Of a DNA stretch of 32,000 bases, positions 31,044 to 32,000 are shown in pieces. The stretch comes from Zymomonas mobilis subsp. mobilis ATCC 10988 (GTDB lineage Bacteria > Pseudomonadota > Alphaproteobacteria > Sphingomonadales > Sphingomonadaceae): contig NC_017262.1 in NCBI RefSeq assembly GCF_000175255.2, positions 1,860,001-1,892,000 on the forward strand, read 5' to 3'. Below the pieces are notes generated by a model. That model was not told the origin of the DNA. It saw nothing but the letters and a program-made list of their open reading frames with translations, and did no database searches. The position numbers were made by a program, and so were the translations under genes. Position 1 is the first letter of the stretch, and each line of letters begins with the position of its first letter.

Positions 31044-32000
31044 GAAGCGTTTCTGGGCTGATCTCCATGTTCATTCCCGTTTTGCCCGTGCCACCAGCCG
31101 TAATCTTGATCTTGAGCATCTCGCCCTAGGTTCAGCGGAAAAAGGCATCCAGCTTGTTGCAACGGGGGATTGCACCTATCCGGCATGGCGGCAGGAAATG
31201 AAAGAAAGGCTTTACGCTGAAGGGAATGGCCTGTTTCGCCTCAAGCCTGAAATCGAACGTCCCCTCATGGCAACACTGCCTTCTGGTTGCCAAAAAGAAG
31301 TCCGCTTTATTATTTCGGGCGAAATTTCGACTATTTATAAAAAAGGCGATAAAACCCGAAAAGTGCATCATCTGGTGTATCATTCTTCCTTTGATGCGGC
31401 TGATCGCTTTGCAGAAAAATTGGCAAAGATCGGAAATATTGTTTCAGATGGCCGTCCAATTCTGGGTCTAGATTCACGGGATTTACTCGAAATAACCCTA
31501 GAATCTGGAAAAGATTCATGGCTCGCGCCGGCTCATATCTGGACGCCGTGGTTTTCTGCGCTGGGATCAAAATCAGGCTTTGATTCTATCGAAGAATGTT
31601 ATGGCGACTTGGCCAGCCATATTTTCGCCGCCGAAACCGGTCTGTCATCTGATCCTGAAATGAACTGGCGCGTTTCATCGCTTGACCGTTATCGTCTAAT
31701 TTCTAGTTCTGATGCGCATTCTCCGGCAAAATTGGGACGAGAGGCCACGCTTTTTTCCTGCGAAATGGGATTCCAGCCTCTCCGCCACGCCTTGGAAACA
31801 GGCGAAGGCTATGTGGGTACCGTTGAATTCTTCCCTGAAGAAGGCAAATACCATGCCGATGGGCATCGTAATTGTCATATTCGCCTTAATCCCAAAGAAA
31901 CTTTAGCTTTGGATGGCCTCTGTCCGGTTTGTGGCAAACCTCTTACGATTGGTGTTGCCCATCGGGTCGAGATGCTAGCTGACCGCGAAGAAGCCATTCC
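31044..32000 (+). CDS. EndoQ-like PHP-domain protein (TIGR00375/endonuclease Q family), partial, continues beyond window; not in supplied ORF track
   Basis: My translation from ATG 31044 is open to the window end: MKRFWADLHVHSRFARATSRNLDLEHLALGSAEKGIQLVATGDCTYPAW...ISGEISTIYKKGDKTRKVHHLVY...AHIWTPWFSALGSKSGFDSIEECYGD...RYRLISSSDAHSPAKLGREATLF...CPVCGKPLTIGVAHRVEMLADREEAI. Confidence 0.88.

Overview
This is an ordinary-looking alphaproteobacterial chromosomal core region. Gene order and protein sequences resemble Zymomonas / sphingomonads (inferred from memory, no search run). From left to right: rplT, pheS-pheT, an ATM1-type ABC exporter, then a minus-strand run hisS-prfA-prmC-DUF4167 protein. 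Next are ppa, a small membrane-like hypothetical, sspB, the histidine block hisB-hisH-hisA-hisF-hisE plus a HIT protein, an APC-family amino acid permease, ppc, a PduO-type cobalamin adenosyltransferase, argB and a YqaA/DedA-like membrane protein. A low-coding gap holds an 18-unit 8-bp tandem repeat. It is followed by two tandem paralogous outer-membrane beta-barrel genes, kdsB, kdsA, a stand-alone EAL protein, tRNA-Ser(CGA), dgt, and a partial gene running off the right edge. That partial gene has strong endonuclease Q (EndoQ) hallmarks and is absent from the supplied ORF track. I see no phage, transposon, CRISPR array or convincing novel multigene defence system. The best second looks are the EndoQ-like gene divergent from dgt, the CTGCCCGT microsatellite beside the duplicated outer-membrane genes, the structured HIT-permease intergenic region, and the tRNA-Ser/dgt convergent junction.
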